NCBI GenBank assembly: GCA_030704615.1
Contig: CM060733.1
Coordinates: 29,574,001 to 29,638,000, forward strand
Origin: Takakia lepidozioides
Taxonomy: Eukaryota > Plantae > Bryophyta
Direction of reading: 5' to 3'
DNA length: 64,000 nucleotides
Numbering within the stretch: position 1 is the stretch's first letter; every line of letters begins with the position of its first letter. This document shows, piece by piece, positions 11,020 to 23,069 of the stretch. The translations under genes and the position numbers were made by a program. The notes under the pieces are model-generated. The model did no database searches. It was not told where the DNA came from and saw nothing but the letters and a program-made list of their open reading frames with translations.

Positions 11020-14000
11020 ATGGCCAAGGTGTTCCCTACACCACCGAAGATTGCGATTAGAAGCGGACGATGTCCTCTCAGGGAGCATATGTCCCCGGAT
11101 CCTCTAGCGAGAAAAACTCCCAAAAGCAAGACTCCTGGCAGACAGGTAAACCCCTCAAAACTGCCGTGCGCAGAGGTCAAGGTTATTTGATCGAATGTGA
11201 AAATGCTCTTCCCGACCCCATTATAGTATATGAGGTGGAATGTGCACTGCTGCAATCCCTGAACGGCGGCTATCATGTGTACAGAACGATCGCTTCATCA
11301 CCGACCGGAGTGCTATGGATTTTGAAGTGGCGAACTTCATGCTTGCGAAGGAAAACCCTACTTCCGATGTTCTTTCTCCTTCTAAGGTGTGTGGCGGCCT
11401 TCCTTATTTTTTTCGCAGTTCGTGTCGTTTCCTTAGGGTTTGATGAACAAGACAGCGTTGGCCGCTTTCCTGAAGATCGCTTGAGGACAAGAAGCATTCT
11501 TTGTTCGCCTTCCCTTGGGACGGTGGGTTGAAGTTAATTTGGAGCTCTTCTGAACCCGGTAGTGGAATGTGATCTACCATGGTTGGTGCAGAGCTAATAC
11601 AAAGTTAAATGGAGTTAATTTGTCGACTGAGGGGCTGGCATTCGCATATTACTAGAAGCTTCATGGAATAAAATAGAACGGCCAGAAAAGTGCTAGTGAA
11701 GGAGAACACCTTTTCTGGACCTTGGTTTGGATATCCATATCCAGTGAGAATGCCTATATCAATTGTTCAGTATATGCTGATTCTGTCCGCATCGCTAACG
11801 TGGTGCTGGTGCACCTGGATCAATTTTCAGGAAGAGTATAAGAAGCAGCTGGCAGGAAATCTATTGCGGGATAATGGGCAGAGGCAGACGCGCATCCTGG
11901 CCTTCAGCAAGCCTCCACCCCCGCCTGAAGGCTTTGAGAACAACCGAAAACTTCTCTATTCACAAAATGTGGGAGCTCCTCAGGCTAAGCCCCGAAAAAT
12001 GTTCCGGCACATTCCTCAGGTATGCTACAATTGATTCTGGTGTAATTCCAAATTCTCAGGCAATAAAAAGAGAGGTATGACAATTCAGCTTCGTTCATTA
12101 CGTATGTTGTCTACGTCTATTGTCTACGGATCTACCGTTCATTGCTTTTCGTCCAGCAATCCTTAACATTGACCCTCTCTTCTTCTTTCTTTCTTCCTCT
12201 TGTCCCATAAGCTCTTTGAGCTTCTTGCGGACGTTATAAAGTACCAATCATTTCATTTTATTGCTTTGTGGTGTCACTTTAAACGCAGCTGGTGACAGTA
12301 CTCGTATATGTATCATTGTAAATTGCAGACAGCAGAGAGAACCCTCGATGCCCCCGAGCTACTAGATGACTACTACCTGAACTTACTAGACTGGAGTGCC
12401 AATAATGTGCTGGCGGTTGCATTGGGAAACACGGTATACCTGTGGGATGCGACTACTAGCTCGATAGAGGAGTTGCTGAGTAACGAGGAGGGCCCTGTCA
12501 CTAGTGTCTGCTGGGCTCCTGATGGAAAATACCTTGCAGTTGGACTCAATAACTCTGATGTTCAATTATGGGACTCAAGCTCACTCCGTCAGGTGCAAAA
12601 GTACTCTCCGCTTCTTAGTAATATGGACTCAGTTGATGTTTGGCTTGGCTGTTGTTGAGATGCAGGTGAGGGCGATTACCCCTTTCATTTTAGATCTCAG
12701 AGAATCTCCGCATGATTTTTTTTTTAACACTACATGACGAAACATCCAACACCCAACTGATTGTTTTTTTTTCCTACAGTTGAGATCCTTGAAAGGCCAC
12801 ACTGCCCGAGTTGGCAGCTTAGCCTGGAATGGCCCTACTCTTAGCACCGGTGGCCGTGACAACGTGATCTTCAACCACGATGGTAGAGTTACCTCTCACC
12901 TGCCCCATGTATCTCGTTTCCATCCCAGTGGTCTATGGTTCTATTTTCCACTGTGCCTTATCTTGATTATTGTGTCCAGCTTGTATGTAATCTTGCTTTT
13001 GTCTTTGGTACTTCAACTTCTACCGCATCAGCAGAGAAGGAAGGGGACAAGTTTGTTGGTTTTACACCTCAACCAATCTCTTGTACGCTGCAGTGAGAAT
13101 TCGAGAACACATAACCAGTAGCATGACAGCCCATGAGCAAGAGGTTTGTGGGCTCAAGTGGTCACCCTCAGGCCAGCAACTGGCAAGTGGCGGTAATGAC
13201 AACCTCCTGCACATCTGGGATGCAGCCGCAGGGGCTTCAGGTGGACCTAGCCCTTATCTTCATCGCCTGGATGATCACCAGGCAGCTGTGAAGGCTTTGG
13301 CATGGTGCCCCTTCCAGAGCAACTTGCTAGCATCAGGTGGAGGCACAGCAGATCGCTGCATAAAGTTCTGGAACACACATACTGGGGCTTGTGTGAACAG
13401 CATCGACACCCACTCACAAGTATGAATTTTGAGTAATCACAGTTATTGTACTTTATGCTTTGAATGCACTGACCTCACTGTCAAGTACTTATCAAGATTT
13501 GTGCTTTATAGTGAGAGGGTCATCTTGAGCACAAACTGTTTCAATCAGTCTAATTGTGTTCAGTACAAACTCCACACCCTGGGGTGAACTGATGCAACTT
13601 TACTATGCAGGTCTGTGCCTTACAGTGGAGTAAGCATGAGAGGGAGATCTTGAGCTCACATGGTTTCAGTCAGAACCAGCTGTGCCTGTGGAAGTACCCA
13701 TCTATGGTCAAGATGGCGGAACTCACTGGCCATACTTCAAGGGTTCTCCATTTGGCTCAGGTGAATGCTTAGTTACTTAGTTAATACTTAGTTAATGTTT
13801 GATGATTGAATGCTTGTGCCACAATATGGTTGGTATCAAAGTTTGTGATGCCATCAAAGTTTGTGACTTCAGATACCATGAAATTATCATGTATACCGCA
13901 TTGAGAGGTGGAGGGAGCGAGGACTGACAATCATTTGCTTGTTTTTCCTCCAGAGCCCAGATGGTTATACCATGGCATCGGCTGCTGGTGATGAGACTTT

Positions 14001-14106
14001 GCGATTCTGGCAGGTATTTGGCACTCCTGAAAATGCCACGGCGGCATCTAAAACCAGGACCAAGCAGGCAGGCAGCGCCCTGACTTGCTTAACACGCATT
14101 CGCTAA
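11020..14106 (+). CDS. CDC20: APC/C co-activator CDC20 (fizzy), ~470 aa. Exons 11020-11145, 11285-11386, 11831-12019, 12329-12592, 12780-12882, 13094-13419, 13611-13760, 13954-14106
   Basis: C-box DRFIT, KEN box (AKENP), Mad2-interacting RILAF, WD40 repeats ([47 protein letters not shown]) and a C-terminal IR tail. Splice phases are consistent. Confidence 0.95.
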
Positions 14107-16527
14107 GCCTCGGCAAGGAGTGACTTTCCTGAAGGAGGCCTTCAAGACCTGCCATGACTTTGATGTGTGTCCATGGTTGCTGGATGTGCTTGACTGTGTG
14201 ACCATCTGAGCTCCATATGGATTCTACATTTATCGCAAACTGCCCCTGCCTCATGGTGTGTTGTCAGCACTTTGTCAATATTTAGTCACACATTCCTTGG
14301 TGTCTTGTGCACGTCAACATGTGGAACCAGAATCCAAAGGCCTGACAGGAGTTTTGGTGCCACGTGTCCACTGCCTTTGCTAACGTCCTGTATAGTCCAG
14401 AAAACTTTGTTGTGAAAGAAACCTTTTGTTGGAATCTGACTGAGACTTGTCCATCTATGCACTGAATAATAGGTTTCCCGTTTCCTGCAGGCTGGCATTG
14501 GGAGGATGGGGCAGTTGCTGCCTGTTCAGGAAGTGACACACTGCAACAGAAAATGTGTCCCTTTCTGAACTGGCAGGCAGTCTCTGCTGCTAGTGACTCT
14601 TCATACCAGGTGCATAATCAGTATGTGACTTGTATGTGAATCAGTATGTGAATTTGCTGCAGGATTACTCTACCTTGATGATGATCAATCTTGCTGTCAG
14701 CTTAAAGCTGGCAATGCCTTGTCATAGCAAAACAAACCCATATTGGTACAGTAGTGTAGGTGTTTAAATGCACTCCAGTTATAATGGTACACTGCAGGTG
14801 TTTGAGAATGTAAATGCACTCCAGTTATAAGCAGTTATAAGCACTTCCTGGATTGCCTTCAGTTTCAACTGGATGGTATTAGAGATGCAGGAAAGTTTGT
14901 TGTGACAACACAATCCCTTGGGATTTTGACGGTCCTGCAGATTTTGGTACACAGTTGGCTTAAAAGAAGTCCTCATGGCACTATCAATATCAGCCCCCAC
15001 TTGTAACCTCCACAACAAGTTCAGCCATACAATTGGGGGTGATAGTCTCATGATTAATGTGGATGTGAGTTTCGTCTGAGTACATGCAAATTGTAACCGT
15101 GCAGGTATTTAATTACTACTCAGTTTGCCTTTGTGAATTTAGAATAGAATCTTGTGTGCATGGGCAGTGAGTTTGCCTTTGCCTTCGTGAATTTGAATAG
15201 AATCTTGTGTGCATGTTTGCACGTTTTACACTTCCCTTGGTGGACTTTGCTTACACACACCAAATTTTGATTGTTGTCTTCTTCTGTTTTGGATGCTAGA
15301 TAAAGACATGTGGGAGTTTTGTCGTGGATGGAGAAGAGAGCTCTCAAAGCCAAGGCAAACAAAGAAGAGGACACGGTTCCGAGAGTGAAGGTGGCAAGGG
15401 ATTTTAGCACAGAATTGTCGTTAGCCCGTTTTCATGAAACTCTTCAAGTCAAAGTTACGACAGTTTCTTGAAAATGAAAAACTAAAACAGTTGGATATGC
15501 TATTCTTGATGCATATACCCCAAGTGCCCATTTGAATTACTAGCACACAGATTGGTAACAGAAGGATACAAATTGGGAAATAGTTCAATTGGTCTGCTGG
15601 GTGCAACTGACGGCCCGTGGATTTTCCCTTGCTTCCCCTACCACTCTGGTCTGTTATTGAGAAGAAAGTGTTGTCCAATTGCTTGTGAAGAGGCAGATCA
15701 GATACTTCTCGCAACAAGCAATAGTAAAGCAGGCCTCACCAAAGATGCCCGTAAAAGAGCAAACATATCTCCCCCTCTTGTGTACCCTAAACCTTCATCT
15801 GTCACATGAGGTTGGAGGGCACACATAAGAAAACAAACTGAGCAATGTCATCAAACACAAGGAAGATTGGGAGAGACTGTGAGAGAGGTACAACTGTCCT
15901 CTTGATGTTTGAGACCAGCAGAGAAGAGGAGAGCAGTGGAGAGGGCTCAGGAGCAGTAGAGTGATCCCCAACAATTCTCCACCTATAAAGCCGTAACTTT
16001 ACTGAAGCGCAACAGGGTAATTGTTTGATACAACAGCTAGCTACTACTACATCACCGCCAGAATTTCCCAAGAATGATAGCTTGAGTATCAATAGTGCAC
16101 CAAAGAATAGTCCTTCTATAAATCTGAAGAGTAACATGTCACTAGACACCTAGAAACATTGAACCGATACTCGGATACTCTTCACATTGTCAAGTCAGCA
16201 GCAGTTAAATTAAAGTGTACTCATATGTTTCTTGAGCTACATCTCATGATGCCAGTGGGAAAATCACTCCTCTGCACCATTGTTGGTGGTACACAGCTAC
16301 ATTGCTGGCAGATCATAAGGTTCCAAATTGAGGAACCAAGGATAACAGAAACTAATGTGGCTTCTGTACTACTGATTGTTATGAGTTGGGAACACACGAA
16401 TGTGTATGTTAGATGAACTAGAATGTTAGATGAACTAATGTGCATCTTCACATTTAGTGAATTTCGACAAATTTTGGAAGCTCCACTTGAGCCTTGGATT
16501 GAAGGGCTTGACTCGACTGATCATACA

Positions 16528-18541
16528 TCAGTGGGAGTTGACATGGAGCTTGGAGAGCAGGAAGAGGCAGCCAGAAGACAGAAGAATGGAGGCAGAGAAG
16601 CAGAGAAGATCGAGGCCACTGTTGATAGGCACCTTTTTACTCTTCTCAAACATCCCAACTACCAATATCATCACGATGACATCAACTCATCCAGTGACCG
16701 TATCTCAAGCCATTTTGGGCGTTCCTGTATACACCAAGCCAGCCAGATTTCTTTCAGATCACTGCACCGTCATCATGTGTTGAAAATCTTGATTCCAGCA
16801 TCTTTTCAGTTTGTACGCAGAAAGATGACCACCAACTCAAGAACCAAAAATGGCAATGATGAACCTCTCCCTCGCCTTGTGAGGGCTGTTTGGACGACAA
16901 TTGAAGGTCCTTGGAGGCCCATATTGGGCAGACTTGTGGAGAGCAAAATAGAGAAAGGAAGGCTTTGAGCATACCGACAGCCTCCACCAGAAGAAAAATG
17001 ACTTGGCTGGTAGCTAGACCCTGCCAGGCTGCCTGACAATACACCATAAGCGATTCCACCACAAACAGGGACCCCTGGTATCCCCACATTTGAGCCATGT
17101 GATTAGTCATTTTGTCTGAATAACAAAGAGATGATACACAGGGACAAGAGGTATATGCTAACTGGATTTTAGTTACTGGCTGATTAGGCTGCCACTTTGA
17201 TATTAGCACTCTCAGCTATTGTCTGCAACATCTCAACCAAAACCACCAGCGCTTCAATACGAGGTATCTTTGATTCTCAAGATGAAGATGAGAACAGAAA
17301 GAGAGAGAGAGAGAGAGTGAAGGAAAGGAAACTATGACGTCCGGCAAGAATTCAACCAAGCGAAGAAACAACTACAGCCCTCAATCGCTCAAAGAAGAGA
17401 CTTGTCTGAGTGAAGGTGACGAAATCTAACCTTGAAAAAGCAAAGAAGTGACCCAGCCAATGAGCCCACGACAGCCATCAGCGTGAGGAACCGGCAGTCA
17501 AAAATGGCCTGCATTTACATCCATAGAACCACCGAGTGTGTGAGAGAGAGACAGAGAGAAGAGAGAGAAACAAACGCTTTAGACGCTTACAACAGAGAAC
17601 TGTGCGTATCATACCCTGTATGGTATATAGTTATCCGGTTGGAAAACAACTTGCAGAGGAACTGCCAGCTCAAAGCCAGATTACACTTCACTCTAGCTAG
17701 TCTCAAACAGTTGGAGAGGGAGAGAAGAAAAAAAAACTTTTGACCTCCACGGGAAGCTCGGACAGAAGAAAGACGGGGAGGAATATGCATACCCGCTCAA
17801 TGAGCTCCTCAGTTCGCTGATTCCGTATCTCTTGACGTGTTTGTTTGGGATGTCTCATGGATGCACTGCAGACGCCTCTAACAAGGACTGAAGGGACGCG
17901 AATCCATCATCCAATGGAACCAACGGTAAAACATTCTCATACTGTGAACCCCTAACTATCATGTTTGTTGCCGTGCGGTTCCTCCTGCCCGTATGTGTTC
18001 TATGGGGTAAATATACTCCTAACTCGGAGCCACCGCCTGATAGAGAAATATTCTTCGGCCTACAGCCACTCCACCTATTGACACGATCGTGCCTCCTAGA
18101 AGCATGCTTCATAGGTGAAGTGGCCCTGACGATATCGTTGTGATGGGACAGTTTTGTCCGTAAGAACGAAGAAGGGAAATTGCATCTCAAGGAAGATCGA
18201 CCGACAGAGAGCACCTGATTTCCAGATTGTGTTCTGCAACCAACTCTATCTGTTTCTTCGAAACAACCGTGCGTCGTTAAGCAAAATGCTGCCTGAGGGC
18301 TAGCTAAACTTGGCAAAAGAAAAGTGCAGTGGCTTGTGCAAGGACCACGAGATGCCTGTCGACAGTTCACCGGATGTTCAAGAGGAGATGAGGTAGGAAG
18401 CAATGAGTTCATAAATCCAGGATTTGATATTGTCCTTGAGGCAACGCATTGCTCACAATCCAGTTGTCGCATCTGCAAATGTGCCCCTGGAGACCCGAAC
18501 GTCTGCATCGGAGGCGAAGACCCCATGGCGACTATGGCCAT
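16528..18541 (-). pseudogene. UPF0114/YqhA-family membrane protein with a long transit-peptide-like N-terminus, frameshifted. Exons ~18541-17793, 17508-17431, 17074-16975, degenerate ~16930-16830, 16724-16528
   Basis: TEELIER|AIFDCRFLTLMAVVGSLAGSLLCFFK|GSLFVVESL...LLVEAV|...ERPKWLEIRSLDEL-[deletion]-VIVMILVVGMFEKSKKVPINSGLDLLCFSASILLSSGCLFLLSKLH matches plant UPF0114 proteins. Exon 1 reaches TGA at 17855 out of frame with TEELIER, and the KTKLGH segment is deleted with a frameshift. Confidence 0.8.
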
Positions 18542-19729
18542 GGAAGAAGAAAAATGTACTTCGAACTTTTAAGACTTCTCCAAGACTAGGCGCAGGAATT
18601 TGAATATATTGAAAAGAATGTCAGTCTACTTTCTCTTCAACCACCACTGCATTGAGATCCACTGCATATACTTGTCAATATGAATAGAAGAAACAGCAGT
18701 GAGTATAGATCCCGGGACACCGAGTTGCAGCACTAATGGAGAAAGAATCGCTTCCAACGAGGTGCTTCAACTTGAACTCAAGGTGATAAGCCAGGAATAC
18801 TATTTCAGACGAGCACCCGGCGCACTGCAGCGCTCTTCACCTTCCCTCTCTTTTCTTCTACAGAAACTATTTTCGAAGAGATGGTTACCTCTCCTCTCCA
18901 GCTCTGAAATGCACAAGAGAGGAGGAGATTGTTCGCACTTCCAGCAGCGATCTCCATGGCGATAAATAGTTTACTCTCTCTCTCTCTCACGCTCCCATGA
19001 AGCTCATACTTCGCAAGTTCCGGCTTTTGGTTCTGCTCGCAGATCAATTTCCACGTGACCGGAACCGGCCGTTTCCGGTGATAGCCACCGACAATGACCG
19101 GTGTCAAGCGGCTAGCTCCACGAATGGCCACGGGCATTGCGAACCCCGTGACTGGGCACTGGCAGCAGCCGGTGTAAAGCGCTTGGCGCGCTTTTTGCAG
19201 AATGGCTCTGCGAAAGGGGAGGCCCAGGAACGACCGGCGCTCCGTGAATCTCAGCTGCCGGCGGCGGTCGCGTGTCAATGCCCTTTTTCCCTTCCTGCTC
19301 CCCCACGCCACGCGTCCTTCCAGGAAGGCCCTACCCACAGCCGACTGAGCGCCACGTGCGACTCCTTCCCCCGCTCACTGTTCCAACTTCAGCACGGACG
19401 TATCCGGCTGTTGGCTGCTGGATCCGCCACATCTGGAATCAGACCTAGTGCCACACAGAAGGCGACAGACTCTGTAGAATGGAATTTTAGGCGTGGCAAT
19501 TATGTGTGTATTGGGTGGGTTCCAAGGAAAGTGGCGTGGAAAAGGTCGCTGGTATGCTCATAAAAGTCACACACAAAAAGGAGGTATCAACTTGTTGTTC
19601 CCAGAATGATCCCCATGTACCCAAACGGAAATGTTGACAATATTTCTGTTCCCATTTGTAACTTAATGCATATAGATTTCTGACAGCACCACGGTTTTTG
19701 GATGTCAAATCTTCCCCACCCCTTTGAGA

Positions 19730-21080
19730 GTGACATGGGGGTGACACCGAACGAGGTGACACCAGATGTCAGGATGTCACACCGGGTGACACTCAATGGG
19801 ATGACAACATTCGGGGTTCGGGGTGACACGGAAGGGAGTGTAATCCCCACTTCGTGGCATGAAATTTGACTTAGTTTGTCTTATGTTGTGTCTATGCACA
19901 TGTGTCGTACACATGTTGAAGCACATGCTGGCAAAGATGGGCTTAACCACATCCGTTCAATGGGTGCACTAGCCATGCACGCATTACAGGATTTATTTTT
20001 TCGCAATGAACAAAAACTGGATGACAGGTGAACGCCTCATTGGCCCATTGAACGAATTTCGATTGATCTCATATTGCTCTGGGACCTGTCTGATGGTACG
20101 TTGAACATGCTGGCCAAGTCTCGAAGTGAACAAAAATCATTTGGATGGGCAACCATCTGTTGGCCCATTGAACGAATTTCGTTTCATCTCATATTATTCT
20201 GGGACCTCTTAGATGGTACATTGAACATATTGGCCAAGTCTAAAAAGGAACCAAAATCATTTCGATGGGCAACCATCCGTTCAACCATCGAATGAATTTC
20301 GATTGATCTCGTATTAGTTGGGGACCTGTGAGAGGGTGTCCCGAACATACTCGCAAAGTTTGAAAGCAAACAAAAATGATTTGGATGGGCAACCATCCGT
20401 TCCGTTCACCCGTTGAATGAATTCTGTTGGATCTGCTATTACTCTGGGACCTGTTGGACTGCGTTTCGAGTGCTCATGATTCTTTTTTCATTCTGTTTCT
20501 GAATCGTATGTGTAATGACTCCATATGCAACGTGCGTGCCGAATTCGGGAGGGAAACAAAATTCATTTGGACCGAGAACCACAGTTTAGCACTCCAAACT
20601 TGATTTGTGTTATACTTTGTGCACTCTTCATAGAGAATTCTGCAATAATGAGCGAGAGATGTCCAACATTTTTCTCTTGGATCTTTTTTTATTGGTCCAA
20701 ATTTTGGGGATGTAGCGGTGGGAGGTTTGAAGCCGCAGAACAAAATTGAGCCAAAAATAAAATCGATACATGGCAAAAACCCCCAATGAAAAGACAGTGT
20801 TGACCTAATTACTAGCTTCAAATTCATTTAAATTCGATTAAATTCTCGAATGGGTTGAGGGCTGAGCACGTCGATGGGAGGCAAATGATTTTGTCTTCTG
20901 TTGTGTCTCTGCACATGTGCCGCACACATGTTGAAGCACATGCTGGCGAAAGATGGGCTTTAACCACATCTGTTCAATGGGTGCATTAGCCATGCACGCA
21001 TTGCAAGTATGAAATGTACTAGGAGAAAGTTACACTAAATACCGGGGTGACACAAACCACATTGACCAAGGTGACAGGGT
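19730..21080. repeat. Probable non-autonomous TE: GGTGACAC motifs at both ends, ~112-bp direct repeats (19875-19985, 20890-21002) and ~3.5 tandem copies of a 120-bp unit (20041-20460)
   Basis: Units start at 20041, 20161, 20281 and ~20405 and share GAATTTC...GGGACCT...GATGGGCAACCATC. The direct repeats share CACATGTTGAAGCACATGCTGGC...AGCCATGCACGCATT. Confidence 0.7.
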
Positions 21081-21859
21081 CATCCAAGTAGTATTCTGAG
21101 GCAGTTTCAGGATGGACATCCTGGTCTAGTCCAGATAGACTACTCCTCCACTGTCTTTCAAACAGTATCCTGCCAAAGAATAGATAGCAACCAACTTATT
21201 CCGACCACCCATAAAATCCTTCAACCTACATGACACAACCTGTGATTTTAAGTGGCTTTTACAGCAGGTTAATTTTTTCCTTGGGTTCGAAGAAGGGTTC
21301 AGGCCCATGCTGTTGCTCACAAAACAGGTAGTGAAACTAATTTTTCAATGATCTGCAGTCCCAGATGGATAGGGACACAGGCATGTATCAAAGAGGTGTA
21401 GAAACAGTCAATCCCGAATGTTCAAAACATATTGGAGGATACATAAAAGTATTCTTACAGCAGTATTAGAGCAATTTTGACAAAAAGGATTTTTTGCAAT
21501 GATCCGTACTGGGACAGAATGTAGACAAACCGCCCCTATTCCAGTGCGGAAGAGCTCGGTCAGAGTGGCAAAGCCCTTCCTTTGCCATCTCTCTCTAGAG
21601 TTTCGGCACATGTCCTTAGCCGCTCTTGCACTTTTGCAAAAAATCTACAAACCCACTATCAAAATTTCCTGCCAAGTAATTTTGCCGGATTCAACAAGTA
21701 TAAACACTCCTGATCCTTCATCGTGATCATCGGCCAGCTCCACCTCTCCACAGCCAATGCCCGTCTGCGTGAAGAAAGAGAGTCGAGGAGACAAGCGGAT
21801 TCTTTGTCCGCCAGTAGCTTCTTCCATCTGCAGGACAATCCTCAGAGCTCCTTTGCTGG

Positions 21860-23033
21860 CCCATGCACTGAGAACACACATTTCTGGTGTTACGCATTCC
21901 CGTTGCATTTGCTCGTAGATCTCAATAGCCTCGCTGCCAGATCCATGCTTTGCATATCCTGATATCATTGTAGTCCATGTAAACACATCTCGTTGAGGCA
22001 TTTTGTCAAACACTTGGAGTGCCTCGACCTTGTTCCCACACTGGGAATATATAATGTTTGGCTTAAATCCACTTTGCACCTGCTTTCCAATTTCTAGGTC
22101 TTTACTTTGATGCACTCTTGCAAGAGACAGACATTGGTCTTGTAGTCTGCCAGAAAATGTCGTTGGTTCAAAATGTGCAGCGCATCTCGCAGTTGTCCTG
22201 CCTTACACAGTCCTCCATCAAATCTAGTGGTTGTGGTGGAGCTTCCAACTGCACCTGCTTCAACACTAGCATGACAAACTCCGAGTTCTTCAGTTGACAG
22301 AAAAAAATGAGAAAAAATTCTGCATTTCTGTTAGATAATAACAGGGTCACAGAACTATCGCTTTCCTTAGCACCTATCTACTGAACTAACTGTATCCATT
22401 CCATCAGCTATTTGGTACCCCTAAAACATCACCACAAAATACCTGTTGTATTCTTAGCCTGGAACTCCATAGTGCACACCAACCTTATTGCCAGAATAAT
22501 GTGCTGAAAAGGCAGCTAACTTTGTTTTCACCCAAGTAGGGTTCGACCAACCCTCAATCCAAAGGACTTCATTAGTGCACTTATGTCTGAAGTCTGCTGA
22601 TCTTGGGCTACTCTGTCAAAACCACCAGTGGGCCAGCTGAGCAGCTGTGGCTTGAACCACAGCCTTGCATAGACCAGGCTACAAGCATCTTTCACATACA
22701 AGGGAACAAGACTGAACAACATCCTCACAGCAGCAGTAAGAGACTTTGCTTCTACTTTTACGGTTATGAGGAAAACCATCACCACAACACCAGCATGAGA
22801 CATCTGCCCACCTCAACACAAACTCTTTGACGTCCTAAATGAAGACAGCTTCACCCGTTATCCCACCACTGTGAAGGATCTGAGAAGAACTCCTGCCAGA
22901 GCTGTTCTTTGTTCATTGCTTGACCTGCATGCAGGGACTACAAGGGCATTAGAACTTTGCAAGCTAGGATTGACTCATAAAAGAGATCTTTAGCAGATAG
23001 TAACAGGATTCAGGAATTCTTATGTAGATTTCC

Positions 23034-23069
<36 letters not shown>

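Noticed and set aside
17855-18541. Stand-alone 228-aa gene
   Set aside because: It is the frameshifted first exon of the UPF0114 pseudogene.
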